DNA of 64,000 bases from Octopus vulgaris (taxonomy: Eukaryota), in contig OX597820.1 of assembly GCA_951406725.2 (NCBI GenBank), forward strand, positions 49,786,001-49,850,000. The letters are read 5' to 3'. Below the pieces are notes generated by a model, which saw only the letters and a list, made by a program, of their open reading frames with translations, ran no database searches and was not told the DNA's origin. Of the stretch, positions 27,526-41,230 are shown piece by piece (position 1 is the first letter of the stretch; each line of letters opens with the position of its first letter). The position numbers and the translations under genes are program-made.

Positions 27526-29937
27526 GTAAGCCAGCTACTTACCATACAGCCACTCCTGCGCCTATGGTGATAATGAATGCATTTTTCACACTTTGGTCCA
27601 CTGCTCCAAAGTCAGACGAGGATGTTAAATAAAGGAAGCTAAATTTTTTGGTGACAAATCAAGAGAGTGTTTATACAAAGATACTGACGTGATAGGTGAA
27701 AACGAATAGCTTATCAGGATTCAGGTCAAAAAATTGCTTCAAAAGCACCTGTCTATTCAACAGAAACATTTCCGTACATAAATTCTGTAGGACTATATAC
27801 CAATTTCTATATACTAATTTCAAATGACTGCTGTGTGAAAGCGATACTGAAAAACCGAGTCACAAAACATTGAGTGTTTTCAGAGAACATTACGACATTG
27901 GAGAGTAGAGTTAACAACAGGAGAAAGATGCAGTTAAGTACTTTCTCAAGTATTTGTCAACCATGAGAATTGCTATATTTACTTCTCTTGAAACACTCTT
28001 GTGAGTCTTGAACATTTTTATTAAGTGTGAACATTTGTGTTCACTCTCAGAATATGTAGGCATGTTATCGGCGACAGAATCAACGGCACACTTGATATGT
28101 GATGATGATGATGATGATGACGACGACGACGACGATGATAATAATCATAAGGATGATGATAATGATGATGAGGAGGACGACGACAATGACGATGATGTCA
28201 CTGGCTTAGTCACTAACCAGTAATGATCTTAGTCCATCTAGCTGTAAATAGGTGTCATAGTATTTTACAGTTGTTCCTTATACTGCGTCCCAGAGCCGAG
28301 CACTTAAATTTCTGCAGCTTAGTCTAGCTATGAATAAGTAGGGTCCATACAGCTATAGTTCCCTGTATGATATTATAGGTTGTGTTGGCGTTTTTATTGT
28401 GGAAACGAGTAACTCTAAGTTTGATATGAAAATGGTAGACTGTAGCATTCCTTTCTCATTCACTAAATGCTGCTGGGGAAAAATTACGTAGTGGAAAAAG
28501 ATACTCATACAGAATTTGAAACTTCCAAAAAATGTTACCATCTCTTTTTAGGCAACTTATTTGCCTTCATCCCTGATCAGAAACCTAACTTATGTGATCG
28601 TTCTCAACACAAAACTATGCTTAAAATGAGAGCATATCACACTGGAAATTAGAACTCATGTCATCCTTCTTTGTATTAACCTCATTCTTTTCTATTGTAG
28701 CTTCACTATGTAGTGATTTTTGTGGTGCTAATTTGTAGAAAGGCTTGTCTTAGAACTCTATAAAATTCTCTGTTGTTCAGGCGCTACAAAGTCGAGGCAT
28801 TTTGATCGGAAACATAAACATCCTTCTTCAGTGAACGACGGTAAGCATGTTGTTTCTGGACACCACCAGTTCATCAGATCTATGCGTCTCTTCGACCACT
28901 AAAATTTTGAGTTAAATGATAATTTAACATCAGCGTCATGTAGTAGATGTCTTTAGACAGATATTTACAAATATTGCGTTTACAATTCGCTTTTCCTTGC
29001 CAAGACATTTCGCCAGCGACTGTCATTTCTTGCTTGACTAAATTATTTTCTATTTCCTGTTTACCTGGTTCTGTTCACTAAGACCCAGGAAACGCTTTCG
29101 TTTGTTCTGAACAAATATCTTTCTTACATGAGGAAGGTGTAGCTAATAGCTACTCAATTACATATTAGCCAACTAGGAATGAGTAATTTAAACGTTATGC
29201 TGTTATTATCTAAAGATATCATAGCATCAACTCACGAAAAAAAAATCTACCTATCTTCTCATGGGAAACAACTTCTGACAGAAGGCTTGTATTCAGTGCG
29301 ACCCTGATTTTGTATAGAAACAAATCAGAAACCTCATGAACACATCTCCCCTTTCTAGAAAAATGGTTACAGGAATGAATATGCCGCTTTCACTTGTGTT
29401 TCCTGAATGGCATTGTGATTGAGGTATATACATAAGAAGGATAACTTCTTAGTCTACCATGCTGATCTACTGGAATCTTATTGTCAGTGCATGCACATAC
29501 ACATTCCCAGTAGTTGAGAAGAACCTGAAAGACTAAACTTCTTTAGAGGATACCTGAGATAAAGTAGAATTTAGGTATGACGAATGTTCTCTAAATGAAA
29601 GCATGTATATTACAGAAAGTCGATTTGATTTGTCTATTCGGCGACTTGATGACGCATCAACAAAGAAAGCCGATTAAATACGATAAACTGTGAACCAATC
29701 AACTATCAATACATCTGGTATTGTCTCGTTTTACTTGCATTTCAAAATCGACTGAAGTCAGAAAACCCCTCTTTGAAGGAGATATGAAATTTGTACTTCT
29801 TTGAAATAAATAAATGTGTCCTGAAGAAGTCTCAAAACCTCTGGAAAGAACATTGTATACGTACATGTACATACATAATACATATTACAAGGTCAGGTTT
29901 ATACCTGCAATATTCATGCATGTATATATATATATAT

Positions 29938-30001
<64 letters not shown>

Positions 30002-30005
30002 ATAT

Positions 30006-30200
30006 ATACCTGTAATTATTGGAACCCTGGGATATGTAACACACTACCTAAATACCAATCTTGAGAAATTAGGCTTCTCAAAACCAGAAAGAAGAAAGCT
30101 AATTCGTAGACTACAGATCCAATCCATCACTGGAACTGTAAAAATCTATGAAACTTTCCAGAAGTTTATCCTTCAAATATATATGAGCATATCTAGATAT
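30006..30200 (+). mobile_element. 3' end of an RLE-type LINE (R4/Dong-like)
   Basis: [11 protein letters not shown]...LEKLGF...[15 protein letters not shown] resembles the C-terminus of the restriction-like endonuclease domain. Confidence 0.65.
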
Positions 30201-30344
30201 GTAACAATATGCATAAGAATACATACATAAAACATACATGTCTGCACATACATACGTACATACATACATATACATACATACATACATGCATGCATACATA
30301 CATACATACATACATACATACATACATACATGCATACATATCAT

Positions 30345-30550
30345 TTACTTGTTACAGTCATTAGAAAGCAGCTTTGTTGGAGCACTGCCTTGGAGAAATT
30401 TTTAGTCGAAAGAAACGACTTCCCTACTATTTTTTAAAGCCCAGTACTTATTCCATCGGTCAATTTTGCCGAACATCTAAGTTACAGGACGTAAACACAT
30501 CAATAACACCAGTTGTCAAGCGTTAGTGGGGGACAAACGCTGAAAAAAGA
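30345..30550 (-). mobile_element. SINE family B, degenerate 3' half
   Basis: TTTACTTGTTACAGTCATTAG...GGAGCACTGCC...GCCCAGTACTTATTC...GGACGTAAACA. Confidence 0.7.
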
Positions 30551-30826
30551 CGCACAAATTTATATATCTTATCTACTGCATATATTCTGTGTATATATAT
30601 GTATACATATAGATATCCTATTTTGGCCCTCCGCAAAAATCCCAAATTTTATTTAATTTGCTTTGCGGGAACAACTGTTTTATCGAAAGCGTATATTGTT
30701 GTTAAATGCTCGAAATACGAGACTAGAAAAACAGCCAGCAACTTTATGTTGTTTGTTTTGTTTTCCATTTGAGTCTTTCTTTGTTCGAAATATATATACG
30801 TATAGATGTAGGTATATACATATATG

Positions 30827-30884
<58 letters not shown>

Positions 30885-30944
30885 TATATATATTATATAT
30901 ATTATATTATATTATATTATATTATATTATATTATATTATATAT

Positions 30945-30977
<33 letters not shown>

Positions 30978-31236
30978 GTATACATACAAAACATGTATGA
31001 ATATATCTTTATGTATATGTACGTATGTGTGTGTTTTGTGTGTATAGACGTGCGCACATGTGACCATACATATTGCCGTAAGGCATCGAAAGGTAAATGA
31101 TTAGAGGGTAATATACAATACGTTGCGATATATTTTCGTCTCTCAAATCCCCGAGCTCAAAATCTGACTTTCATAATTTCATGGTCGATGAAAAAAATAT
31201 GAACGAATCCTGCGACGGTGCAGTTCTCTCTCCTTC

Positions 31237-31288
<52 letters not shown>

Positions 31289-31472
31289 CCTTTCTCTCCC
31301 TTTCTCTCCCTCTCTCTCTCTTACTCTCCCTCTCTCTCTCATCTCCAACTACACATCCTGGATATTCTATGTATGTATGTATTTATATTAAGGGTAATAT
31401 AGTAATGCCCTTAATATAAATAAATATATTTATAGGGAATAATTAATAAATTTTTCCCTATATCTATATCTA

Positions 31473-31558
<86 letters not shown>

Positions 31559-33079
31559 TGTATGTATACATGTATGTATATACATAAGTATAGAACTTAG
31601 AGATAAATTCTTATAATTTAACACTAGAGTAACTGAAACTTAGCGACGTTGTAGCATTTTCTAGTCGTAATTAATATCATAGCTGAAATTAAAACGTTCT
31701 GCCAGGTTTGAACCTATCGTATACTTGTCTGATCGAAATCATATCTTCTGCTCTGCAACTAGTTACAACAAACGAACAGGTGAAAACAGAATCATTAGAA
31801 AAATAAAGAAAGCGAATGTACATTTCCCCCTGTCATTATTTCAGGAAACCTCACTTCTAGTTGTTTAGGCTTCAACGTGATAATCCTGTTGTCGAACATA
31901 ACCTGGAGTGTTACAAGTTTCTTAATCCCGAAAAATTTTCTGAAACACGGCTATTTCAGAATTCAAAATTTTAAGGTTTCTCAGATCACCGCAAGAATCA
32001 AATAATTGACTGAGTTCTCATATTGTTAATGAATTTCACCAAAGGGAGAATGCTGGTCTATTATCTTTTAAATCAAATTTTGCGTTCCCCTAATGTGTAA
32101 GTTAAATATATCAGGCTTTTGTTCCATAACAGAAAAGCTGACTCCCGTTAGGTTTGATGTAAAGTATTTAGTTTTCGGCGAACTGATAGCTGTCAGTGTT
32201 ATATAAAATCTATATGATTCCTTAGAAAATTCTGAAGTTTTAAATCAGCGTCCTTTATTGATCTTCGGTGTTAAAGGAGTATATGTATATTGCTTGTCAA
32301 TGTTCGTGCAATAGAATAAGTCTTTAGTTGTGTGAGATGGTAACGGTTTCAACCTCATCAAGTAATTACCTGGATTATGTAGTAGGTAACACGAGAGAGA
32401 GAAAGAGAGAGAAGGAGAAAAAGGAAGAGAGAGAAAAAGAAAGAAAGATAATGTATGAATATGTGTGTGCATGTTGAGGCGATATTAACTGTTTTCGTCC
32501 GAATATACCAGCACGTCATCGCTTGTCGTGTTTGTGGCTTAATAATACTGAGATCAGATAAGAAGGCAAATTATAGCTGTAACATACAGATGCCTTCAAA
32601 ACAAATATAAAAATAAAAATAAAAAACGCAAATACGGACGTAATTTTCTCACGCTAATACAGCCTTTTTCTGCATTTCTCATACCTATTTTATCAGAAGT
32701 GGGCACAAAAGAAACAGAAATGGGCTATACACGGAATAAACTTGTATATATTATTCAAATAGTTGAAATCTCTTATTCATAATTTCACTTTCATAACACA
32801 GTGTAAAGGACATTATTTAAGTGTAGCAACGAGCAGCTTAAAATCAGCAGTTATTAACATATTTTACGGGTGTAGAATTCCTGGCAGGAAAATGAACAAA
32901 CTCAGTTTTTAGTTATGCAACATTGAATATAGAACGAAAAATCTTTTCTATTTAAATATTAAAGTATACGTTCCCTCTTTCTCTCTTTCAGTGACCACCA
33001 TTGCGGGTTCTGCAGATCCAGATCTAGAGGGGACCTACACCCTAATATTGCTCATCAGTGGGATTTCGCTTTCGATCAA

Positions 33080-33500
33080 TGCGGCGCAAGCAAAGTTGTT
33101 GCCCTGGAAATCAGTAACATCTTCGACCGTATCTGACATGCTAATTTCCGATCAAAACTTCCCGCCTACTTCTCCCTTCTCTCGGCCCTGGAATCGGCAA
33201 CTTCGAATCATATCATATCAACACGACATGTATTGACGAAGTTACTTTTGTCTCTGCTCTCAATCAACTCGGGTGTTCCCCGTGATTTTGTTCTGTCCAA
33301 CACAGTGTTTCTTCAATATATCAATGACCTACTTACCTCACACCCAACAGCGCCTACTCTTATGAGATGACACTACTTTTCATTCCGTCCCTGTCTCTCA
33401 AAACCATGAATCACCCACGGCCATCAAAGACCTATCCCCTTGAACAAACTTGCAGTGATTCTTCAGAGACCTTGCGAGTATCAACTAGTGGATGCTTGTC
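33080..33500 (+). pseudogene. Highly decayed LINE RT fragment (Jockey/CR1 group)
   Basis: INSGVP.DFVLSNTVFLQYINDL followed by a degenerate YADDT motif (TCTTATGAGATGACACT). Confidence 0.6.
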
Positions 33501-33858
33501 AACCATAGCTCAAACCCTCCCCCGCCGATTCACTCGTCTTCCTCCATCCTGGCACCCTTCGTGTCTCCAACCTCACTTTCCTCGCACTAAACGCTCTGCC
33601 TCTCCCTTCATCTTTAGAACTCGTCTACTGAAATATTCTCTTTGTTCATGTTTTTCCTGCTGGTTTTGACTTGCAACTGTATGAACACAAAACTTTGATG
33701 CACCCAATCGCTCCGGTGTCGGATGGTCTTTTAAAATCATGAAACCGGCCCGGTTATTGCAAGCACTATATATATAAAAGGATAAGATCGACATTTAAAT
33801 ACTGATCTTATTAGGTGGCCAGCATGGGAATGAAAACCTTCAAAGGTAATAATTATTA

Positions 33859-34108
33859 TTAAAATTATAATTTAGGGTATCTAAGAGATACCACCACGCT
33901 GGAAATAGTCAAAACTTGACTCTAATACCACATTAAATGCTCATACAACACCAGGAGAGAAGATAAGCACCATAAGAGAAGACAAAGTGACATTTCCTTG
34001 TCTTCTCTCCTGGTGCTCTATGAGCTTTTAATGTGATATTAGAGTCAAGTTGTGACTGCTGTTTCCAGCGTGGTGGTATCTCTTAGATACCCTAAATTAT
34101 AATTTTAA
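33859..34108. repeat. Diverged fold-back inverted repeat (~105-bp arms)
   Basis: AAAATTATAATTTAGGGTATCTAAGAGATACCACCACGCTGGAAA and its reverse complement ending at 34108; several mismatches inside. Confidence 0.9.
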
Positions 34109-34127
34109 GATATATATATATTTATAT

Positions 34128-34305
34128 AGGAGAGGATAATTCACAAAAAACAAAAGCCGAAGACAGGTTGTGTAGACAACAAACAGATGTATTAGTTTAA
34201 CGCTCGCGAAGTGATAAAGTCTTTAACCTTTCGAGCCTACGCTCTTCCGCAGAAAGGAACACAGAAAGAATCAAGGAGAGAAAATAAAGAATGTGTAGTG
34301 GCCTT
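34128..34305 (-). mobile_element. Penelope pLTR-like repeat family P1
   Basis: Homologous to 19672-19880; minus strand CUGCGGA-A-GAGC-GUAG-GCUC-GAAA. Confidence 0.6.
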
Positions 34306-34306
34306 C

Positions 34307-34366
<60 letters not shown>

Positions 34367-34949
34367 TCTGTCTATATATATACGTACTCACACACACACA
34401 AAGAGAGCGAAAGAGAGTAAGGGTGAAAGAAAGTGATGGGGAAAGAGAGAGAACATCGTGCACTCAGTAGTATTTTTACTTTACACTTATTGCTCCGGTG
34501 GTAACTAATGAACTCAACTCTTGATAAACATACACGTCTGCAGATATTGTAGATAAAGCTTGTCACATTCTCTACACTATACGCATATGTCCGTAGTCAT
34601 GCTCTTTCGCTCTCTCTCTCTCTTTCTCTCTCTCTTTCATTCTCTATCTATATGTGTGTGTGTGTGTTTGTGTGTATACACCCTATCCGCCGTATTTACA
34701 TGTGTTCATATAGTTGTTGAAATACATATGTATGTAAGTGTAAGATAGATATAGGAAAATATTTATAATCTTATGCCGCGGCTATCGGCACTGAACAACT
34801 TGCGTGTGTTGGTAATATTACTAAGGTAGGCTGGAATATTTCAACATATCACTAGATTAACATCTTCAATCTCTTACCAGTGACACATTGAGATACTGTC
34901 TAATTAACAGCTTACACGAGACAACACAGACGCAGAAATGCTTGTGTGT

Positions 34950-35022
<73 letters not shown>

Positions 35023-35062
35023 GTATTATGTATGAATGTCTGCATTATATATAAATGTGTGT

Positions 35063-35098
<36 letters not shown>

Positions 35099-35281
35099 CT
35101 TTGTGTGCGATCAATATAAAATGTAGGAATATTCATGGTGCCAATTTCTGCGAAGAAAATGGTACATACCAATACGCGAGATTTTACTACTTAGCACACT
35201 TATAGGATAAGTCAACGTCTGAAGGCAAATCACTGCACTTATTGCGCAACAGAACACACGCATGTATCCGTATTATTTACC

Positions 35282-35320
<39 letters not shown>

Positions 35321-35322
<2 letters not shown>

Positions 35323-35720
35323 TCTTTTACACTTTTACTTGTTTCAGTCATTTGACTGCGGCCATGCTGGAGCACCAGCTTTAATCGAGCAACTCAACCC
35401 CGGGACTAATTCATTGTAAGCCCAGTACTTATTCTATCGGTCTCTTTTGCTGAACCGCTAAGTGACGGGTACATAAACACACCAGCATCGGTTGTTAAGC
35501 AATGCTAGGGAGACAAACACAAACATACACGCACACACACATATATATACACATACATACGACGGGCTTCTTTCAGTTTCCATCTACCAAATCCACTCAC
35601 AAGGCTTTGGTCGGTCCGAGGCTATAGTAGAAGACACTTGCCCAAGGTGCCACGCAGTGGGACTGAATCTGGAACCATGTGGTTGGTAAACAAGCTACTT
35701 ACCACACAGCCACTCCTGCG

Positions 35721-35723
<3 letters not shown>
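35321..35723 (-). mobile_element. Full-length tRNA-derived CORE-type SINE (family B) with internal microsatellite
   Basis: Minus strand AGGCGCAGGAGTGGCTGTGTGGTAAG (A box)...GATTCAGTCCC (B box)...CACCTTGGGCAAGTG (CORE-like)...3' (GTAAAAGA)n-type tail. Confidence 0.9.
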
Positions 35724-35780
<57 letters not shown>

Positions 35781-35788
35781 TATGTACG

Positions 35789-35867
<79 letters not shown>

Positions 35868-36121
35868 ATTGAATAAAGTTAAAACACGGTCTGGTTTGCA
35901 CGTTTTTATGATATTTTGACATATACATATATAATACATACATACATATATATATAAAATACAAAATGCGACAGGAACGCAAAACATCCGGACAGCTAGG
36001 TGATACAAAAAGGGACAACCAAACATCCAGATAGACGGTACAAGGAAACAAAGACGAGTCATTCGAAGTTTTCTTTCCTCAGTCATGCATCAGATTATCC
36101 TTGCAATTTCGGCTGATTATA

Positions 36122-36178
<57 letters not shown>

Positions 36179-36228
36179 ATGTGTGTGTGTGTATGTATAT
36201 GTATATATGTATATATATGAATATATAT

Positions 36229-36475
<247 letters not shown>

Positions 36476-36479
36476 AATG

Positions 36480-37935
36480 TTCATAAAGTTAAATTAGGGC
36501 TTTCATACATAGTGTAATCATCAGATTTCAAATGTATTTAACTGACAGTTGAGCTCTTGACAACTTTAGTACCTCTTAGGACGCTCTAACAAGCTGATCG
36601 TTTAGAATACGATTTTAACCAATCTGCATGCTGCTTAAACATCACGGTTTACCAGTAGTACCGATATTCTGAATTTGTTTATATTTGTATGTTAGGAATA
36701 TTTTTTTTTAATCCACATCATTAACAGGTTGTTATATTATTGCTGTTATTACCATTGAGAACAGGTTTGAACATTTTAATAAACCGTTTTTCTTTTATCT
36801 TTCTTCCAACTTTACTTGTTTCAAGTAATTTGTGCAGAGCAAAATTTAGAAAGATTTTCTGTCCACATGTCTCTATATGTTCACTTAATGGAAGTTGGTG
36901 AGCACTGGTCTTCCGGATTTGTTGTCTGTGGACTCATGAGTGCTCCGATAATGTATTCTTTGTCAGGCCTATATATAATTCAACGCAATTCGGTCATTTA
37001 ATGCAGTAGACTAATTTCTGCTTTTTCAGTTCCCATCTGCTTTTGCAAAAATTTGTCCATTTCTTGTTTTAATGGATCTACCAGAATGCATGTATTGATA
37101 CGTTCCACATCTGCTATCATTACACTTTGATACTGTGAATGTTTTATCCTGTTTGTTATACTGAATTTTGCTTTTGTTAATAGTTTCTTTAGGTTATGTA
37201 GTTGCCTTTTGCTCACGATAAGTGTTTGATTATTTATTATGTTGTTTAATTTTTCACTTTGTTTTATGATTCATAAATTTGTTTTGATGATATTAAAAAT
37301 GCTTTGGTGGTGCGGATTCTGTATTACTAGGAATGGTATTGTGTTCCTTTGATGGGTTAGTCTTTTTCGTGTTTCCCTAAGTTGCCCTATATGTATCTCT
37401 TTTGCTCGTTGCTTACTATTTTCTATAAGTAGGAGAAGGTAATTTTGAGCAGAAATCGTTTGAGTTTTATAAGTCGTGTGTTTCTGGTACTTGGATCATC
37501 GACTATAGTACAAATTTTCCTGGCTAGACAGTACGGAATTTTGTCTTTTGGGAATTTTGGGTGGCATGATTTGAAATTTATGTACTGGTGTGTATATGTG
37601 CGTTTGTAATAAATATCAGTTGTGATTGTGGTATTGCTTTTAATTACTATTATGTCAAGAAATGGTAATTGTATGTTGCTCATATCTCTTGTGAATTTGA
37701 TACTAGGGTGTAGATTATATGGGAGGGTGCTGAATTCTTCCAGATTTTTTTAGGAATTTTCTCCAAATTAGGAAGCAATCATCGAGATATCTTTCCCATG
37801 TGTCCTCTATATGTCTTTTAAAGGTCATGCCGTAGTTTTTTTCAAATTTTTTATATAGGTTTTGTTCCAAGTATCACAATACTGAGTTCGCGAAAACTGG
37901 AGCAAATCGTGTCCACATAGCTGTGCCTCAAATCT
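36480..37935 (-). pseudogene. Degenerate Penelope-like element: RT + GIY-YIG endonuclease
   Basis: GTAMWTRFAPVFAN, RYLDDCFLIW, LPFLDIIVIK..TDIYYKRTYTHQYINFKSCHP, and C-terminal ELYIGLTKNTL..HRQQI..LSEHIETC. Confidence 0.85.
36489..36531 (-). ncRNA. Minimal hammerhead-like motif downstream of the Penelope ORF
   Basis: GAAAU-CUGAUGA-U-UACA-CUA-UGUA-U-GAAA-GCCC-UA-AUUU; sense to the ORF; stems are short. Confidence 0.55.
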
Positions 37936-38091
37936 GGAGGGAGTTTTCTGTTGAGGGCTTATATGTCCCGATATTAGTCTATTTATCACAGTCAATGCAC
38001 GGTAATATCTTATAAGCTTTAAGCTTTTAAAATATTACGGAGATGTACTTGCATAGCAAGTGATCTTATCTGAGATCGTGTGCTGGAACGA

Positions 38092-38233
38092 AAACAATTG
38101 AAGCGTAGAAGGTGTTTATAAGCCATTGAAAAACACACAAAAACCGTTAGATTCACTTCAACATTTAAATTTAATTTGCCAAAATATTTTCGGCGCTTTG
38201 AGACCGCAACCTGTTCACTGACAAAATTCTGTG

Positions 38234-38278
<45 letters not shown>

Positions 38279-38336
38279 TAACGGTTTTCGTGTGTTTTTA
38301 AATGGCTTATAAGCACCTTCCACGCTGCAATTGTTT
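38092..38336. repeat. Diverged inverted repeat (~61-bp arms) with spacer containing (TA)n
   Basis: 38092-38152 vs 38276-38336. Confidence 0.85.
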
Positions 38337-39099
38337 ATAAAATATCATTATTTATATATATATACATATTGGTTTCAAGACTAGCAAGTTCGGAATCAGG
38401 CTAAATCGATTCCGAATGGATGAATGGCAAGGTCAACCTCGGAGGAATTTGAACACAGAATGTAAAGACAGACGAAATACCGCAAAAGCATTTTGCTCAG
38501 CGTGGTAACGAGTCTGGTAGCTCGTCGCCTTAGTATATCTATATATTAACACATACAAACATATAAACCTCACCTGAACGTTTATCTTATAGCATACGTT
38601 TCGGTTTTCGATGTTTGGTATGAGAAGCACGGTTTGATAACGGACTTGGCTTCTCTAATATTTACCAGCTTGGCACACTTTGATTTTAAAGTACAGCTGT
38701 CTTGGTCCATTCATAAATGAATCCTATGGAGAAATTCAGAGTTGACGCTACTATCTGACATTAGTTTCAATTTCTTTGTAACAACCTCTGCGTCTACATT
38801 CGTTCCCATCACTATTGGCTCTTGTCTTTGTAAGACCCAACAGAGATAGTAATGAATTCCATAATGTCTCTGTGGAATTCTCTCCTTGTAGGTTCACCAG
38901 AAGGAGAACCACAGCTGAGATTGAATACGTTCAGTGGCACCGCAATCCACAACATCGCTCTCTGGACTTGCAGAGAAATATCTGAGACACAAGACAAGTT
39001 TGAAAGGTGTTTAACTAAACTCATTGCTGCCATAGATATAATTACTAAAGCAGGAGCGCCACTCTATCTCGGCAGTTGTAAAGGCACTAAGAAGTGTAA

Positions 39100-39800
39100 G
39101 ATGCAGGCACAGAAGACAGCCAGTCACTTGCTAATTAGTTCTGACTATATTCTATGATAGCATACAGTTTTCATTTGACACAAGAGACATTGTTAGATTA
39201 TACCATGAGATCAAGAAAAGCATTGAGGCAAATCAAGTTAAGAATTCACCACTGAAACCATAGAAAGTAAGGCCATTGAAGACATAGGTAAGTATATGGG
39301 AAGACGAGTAGATGTCTACTCTTAATTCTACTCCAGAGGAAATAACATTTTAAACAGCGTACCAGACACCATGGAATGCCAACTTGCCATATGCGAATCG
39401 AATGTATTGCCGACTGCGGAAGATGAGTAACTCCCCTGATGCCTGCCGACCATCAAAGTCGCAGGATTGTATGGCAGTCCGCTAAAATCAAACAGGTGTA
39501 TGAAAAATATTCCGTTAAAACACTAGCGCAAAGTATTGTCCCAGTGTTGGACAGAAAGAATAGTTCCACAAGACATGACACGCCGTTATAATATCACCCA
39601 CTATAAGAACAGACGAGGCGGAAGCATTTGTATAAGATAATCTCTTTGCTGAATATCTCTGAGAAGACTTTTACCCCCTGCTCCCTGTCAACTTGCAGAA
39701 ATCGTCAAAAAAGTATGACCCGAACCAGTATAGTTTCCAGTTGTAATGTCACCGCAACCATCATTATCTTTCTCACCAACAAGAGAAATGCAAAGACAGC
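39100..39800 (+). pseudogene. Decayed RTE-clade LINE RT fragment
   Basis: QCWTERIVPQDM, HYKNRRG and ISLLNISEKTF resemble the RTE RT N-terminal motifs. Confidence 0.55.
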
Positions 39801-40604
39801 TACCCTATAACACTTTCGATGATCCCACACAGCGCTCAAATATACGTAAAGTCCCAAGAGAACTTCCCTCTAAGATTGTTTAATTCCATATAATTTCTTG
39901 ATATTCCAGTCAGTATACACAAATACAAATAACATTGTTCTGTTTAACACTATTTCATCGAAGACGTTCAGCATATAATGCGAAATGAACGATCAATTAA
40001 TCTAGCATTTTTTCTACTGTTTTCCGTTCCAACTGTACCCTGTTATATCGTGTTACTCTTATTTTAGTCGAAATAGTTAAAATATTATTCTGTTCTCTGT
40101 CTTAATCGTAACAACTCAATGCATTCAATGCTCGTATCGTTTATATTTCGGCTGCACTGCATTACTTTCTAGTAATCATTTCTTGAAAATGCTGATGCTA
40201 CTAAAAAGTTGATAGAAATCCTGTCCTAAGGGGACGAAATTACAATGACTTTCAGTAGACAGCCGATTGCTGAAATTTTACGTTTCATCCGTTAGCTTCG
40301 TTCTTTTTCACCTGTTGTGTACATTTTCGTTGTCTCTGCTAAATTTCTTCTCTCTCTCTCTCTCTGTCACGCTGTCTCTTTCTCTTTCTCGCTCAATCTC
40401 TCATTTTCTCTCTCCCTCCATCTCTCTTTTTCTCTCTCTTTCTCTTTCTGTTTATCTATGTTCTTAACCTAAATCTATGTGTACATATATGTGTGCTCTG
40501 CGTGTGTGGAGAAAAAAAGAGAGAAAGAGAGAGAGAGAAAGAAAGAAAAAACGCTTTGTCTTTGAACAAGGTATTTCATTTGAAGTCACACCAGTTTATA
40601 CAAC

Positions 40605-40787
40605 GAAAATGAATACCTGGTTGGAGGACCAAACTTCAGAGGTCTTTTACGGGGCCTCGAAAAGCGAAAGGACCGTTGCAATAAGTGTGTGAATCTGAGA
40701 GGGGAACAGGTTCAATAAAATCATAATTAACTGATCCTCCTGTATTTTCTTTCACCCAAAGTCAGGAATTTTTCAGCACCACCCCCA
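40605..40787 (+). mobile_element. Mariner 3' remnant
   Basis: DRCNKCVNLRGEQVQ* followed by TIR-like CAGGAATTTTTCAGCACC. Confidence 0.6.
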
Positions 40788-41160
40788 ATGTATACAATAT
40801 ATACACACATTCATATACAAATATATAGGCACGTGCGTTTACATATACATACATACAAATACATGCTTGGAACCGATAACAATATCTCTATGATCAAAGG
40901 ATTATACCGAATTTCCGTTTGTATACTTTTTATCTATAATACTGTTCTTCTTATTATTATTGTTGTCGTTGTATTTTGTTATCTGTATGAGGAAGGAGGT
41001 CAGATAACCAAAATATAAAAGTGAATATCTGAGGATTAAAGATAAATAAGCAGAAATGTTGCAGCTTAGCCAACGTCAGGTCATTCGGTACAAATCATTC
41101 GTTTCGTCCACTCTCTAAGGACGATGATGATGATGATGCTCATCATCATCATCATCATCA

Positions 41161-41230
<70 letters not shown>

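Larger units (their letters stand above)
26012..27563 (-). mobile_element. SINE family B 5' half, interrupted by the insertion 26160-27525
   Basis: SINE sequence runs 26012-26159 and resumes at 27526-27563 (GTAAGCCAGCTACTTACCATACAGCCACTCCTGCGCCT). Confidence 0.9.

Noticed and set aside
32970-33236. Polypyrimidine tract + CAG resembling a splice acceptor before an 81-aa ORF
   Set aside because: Downstream sequence is decayed LINE RT, and no donor site or host-like protein is evident.
41095-41125. GUCC...GGAC-GAAAC hairpin on the minus strand resembling half a hammerhead
   Set aside because: No CUGANGA core precedes it; it abuts a microsatellite and may be chance.
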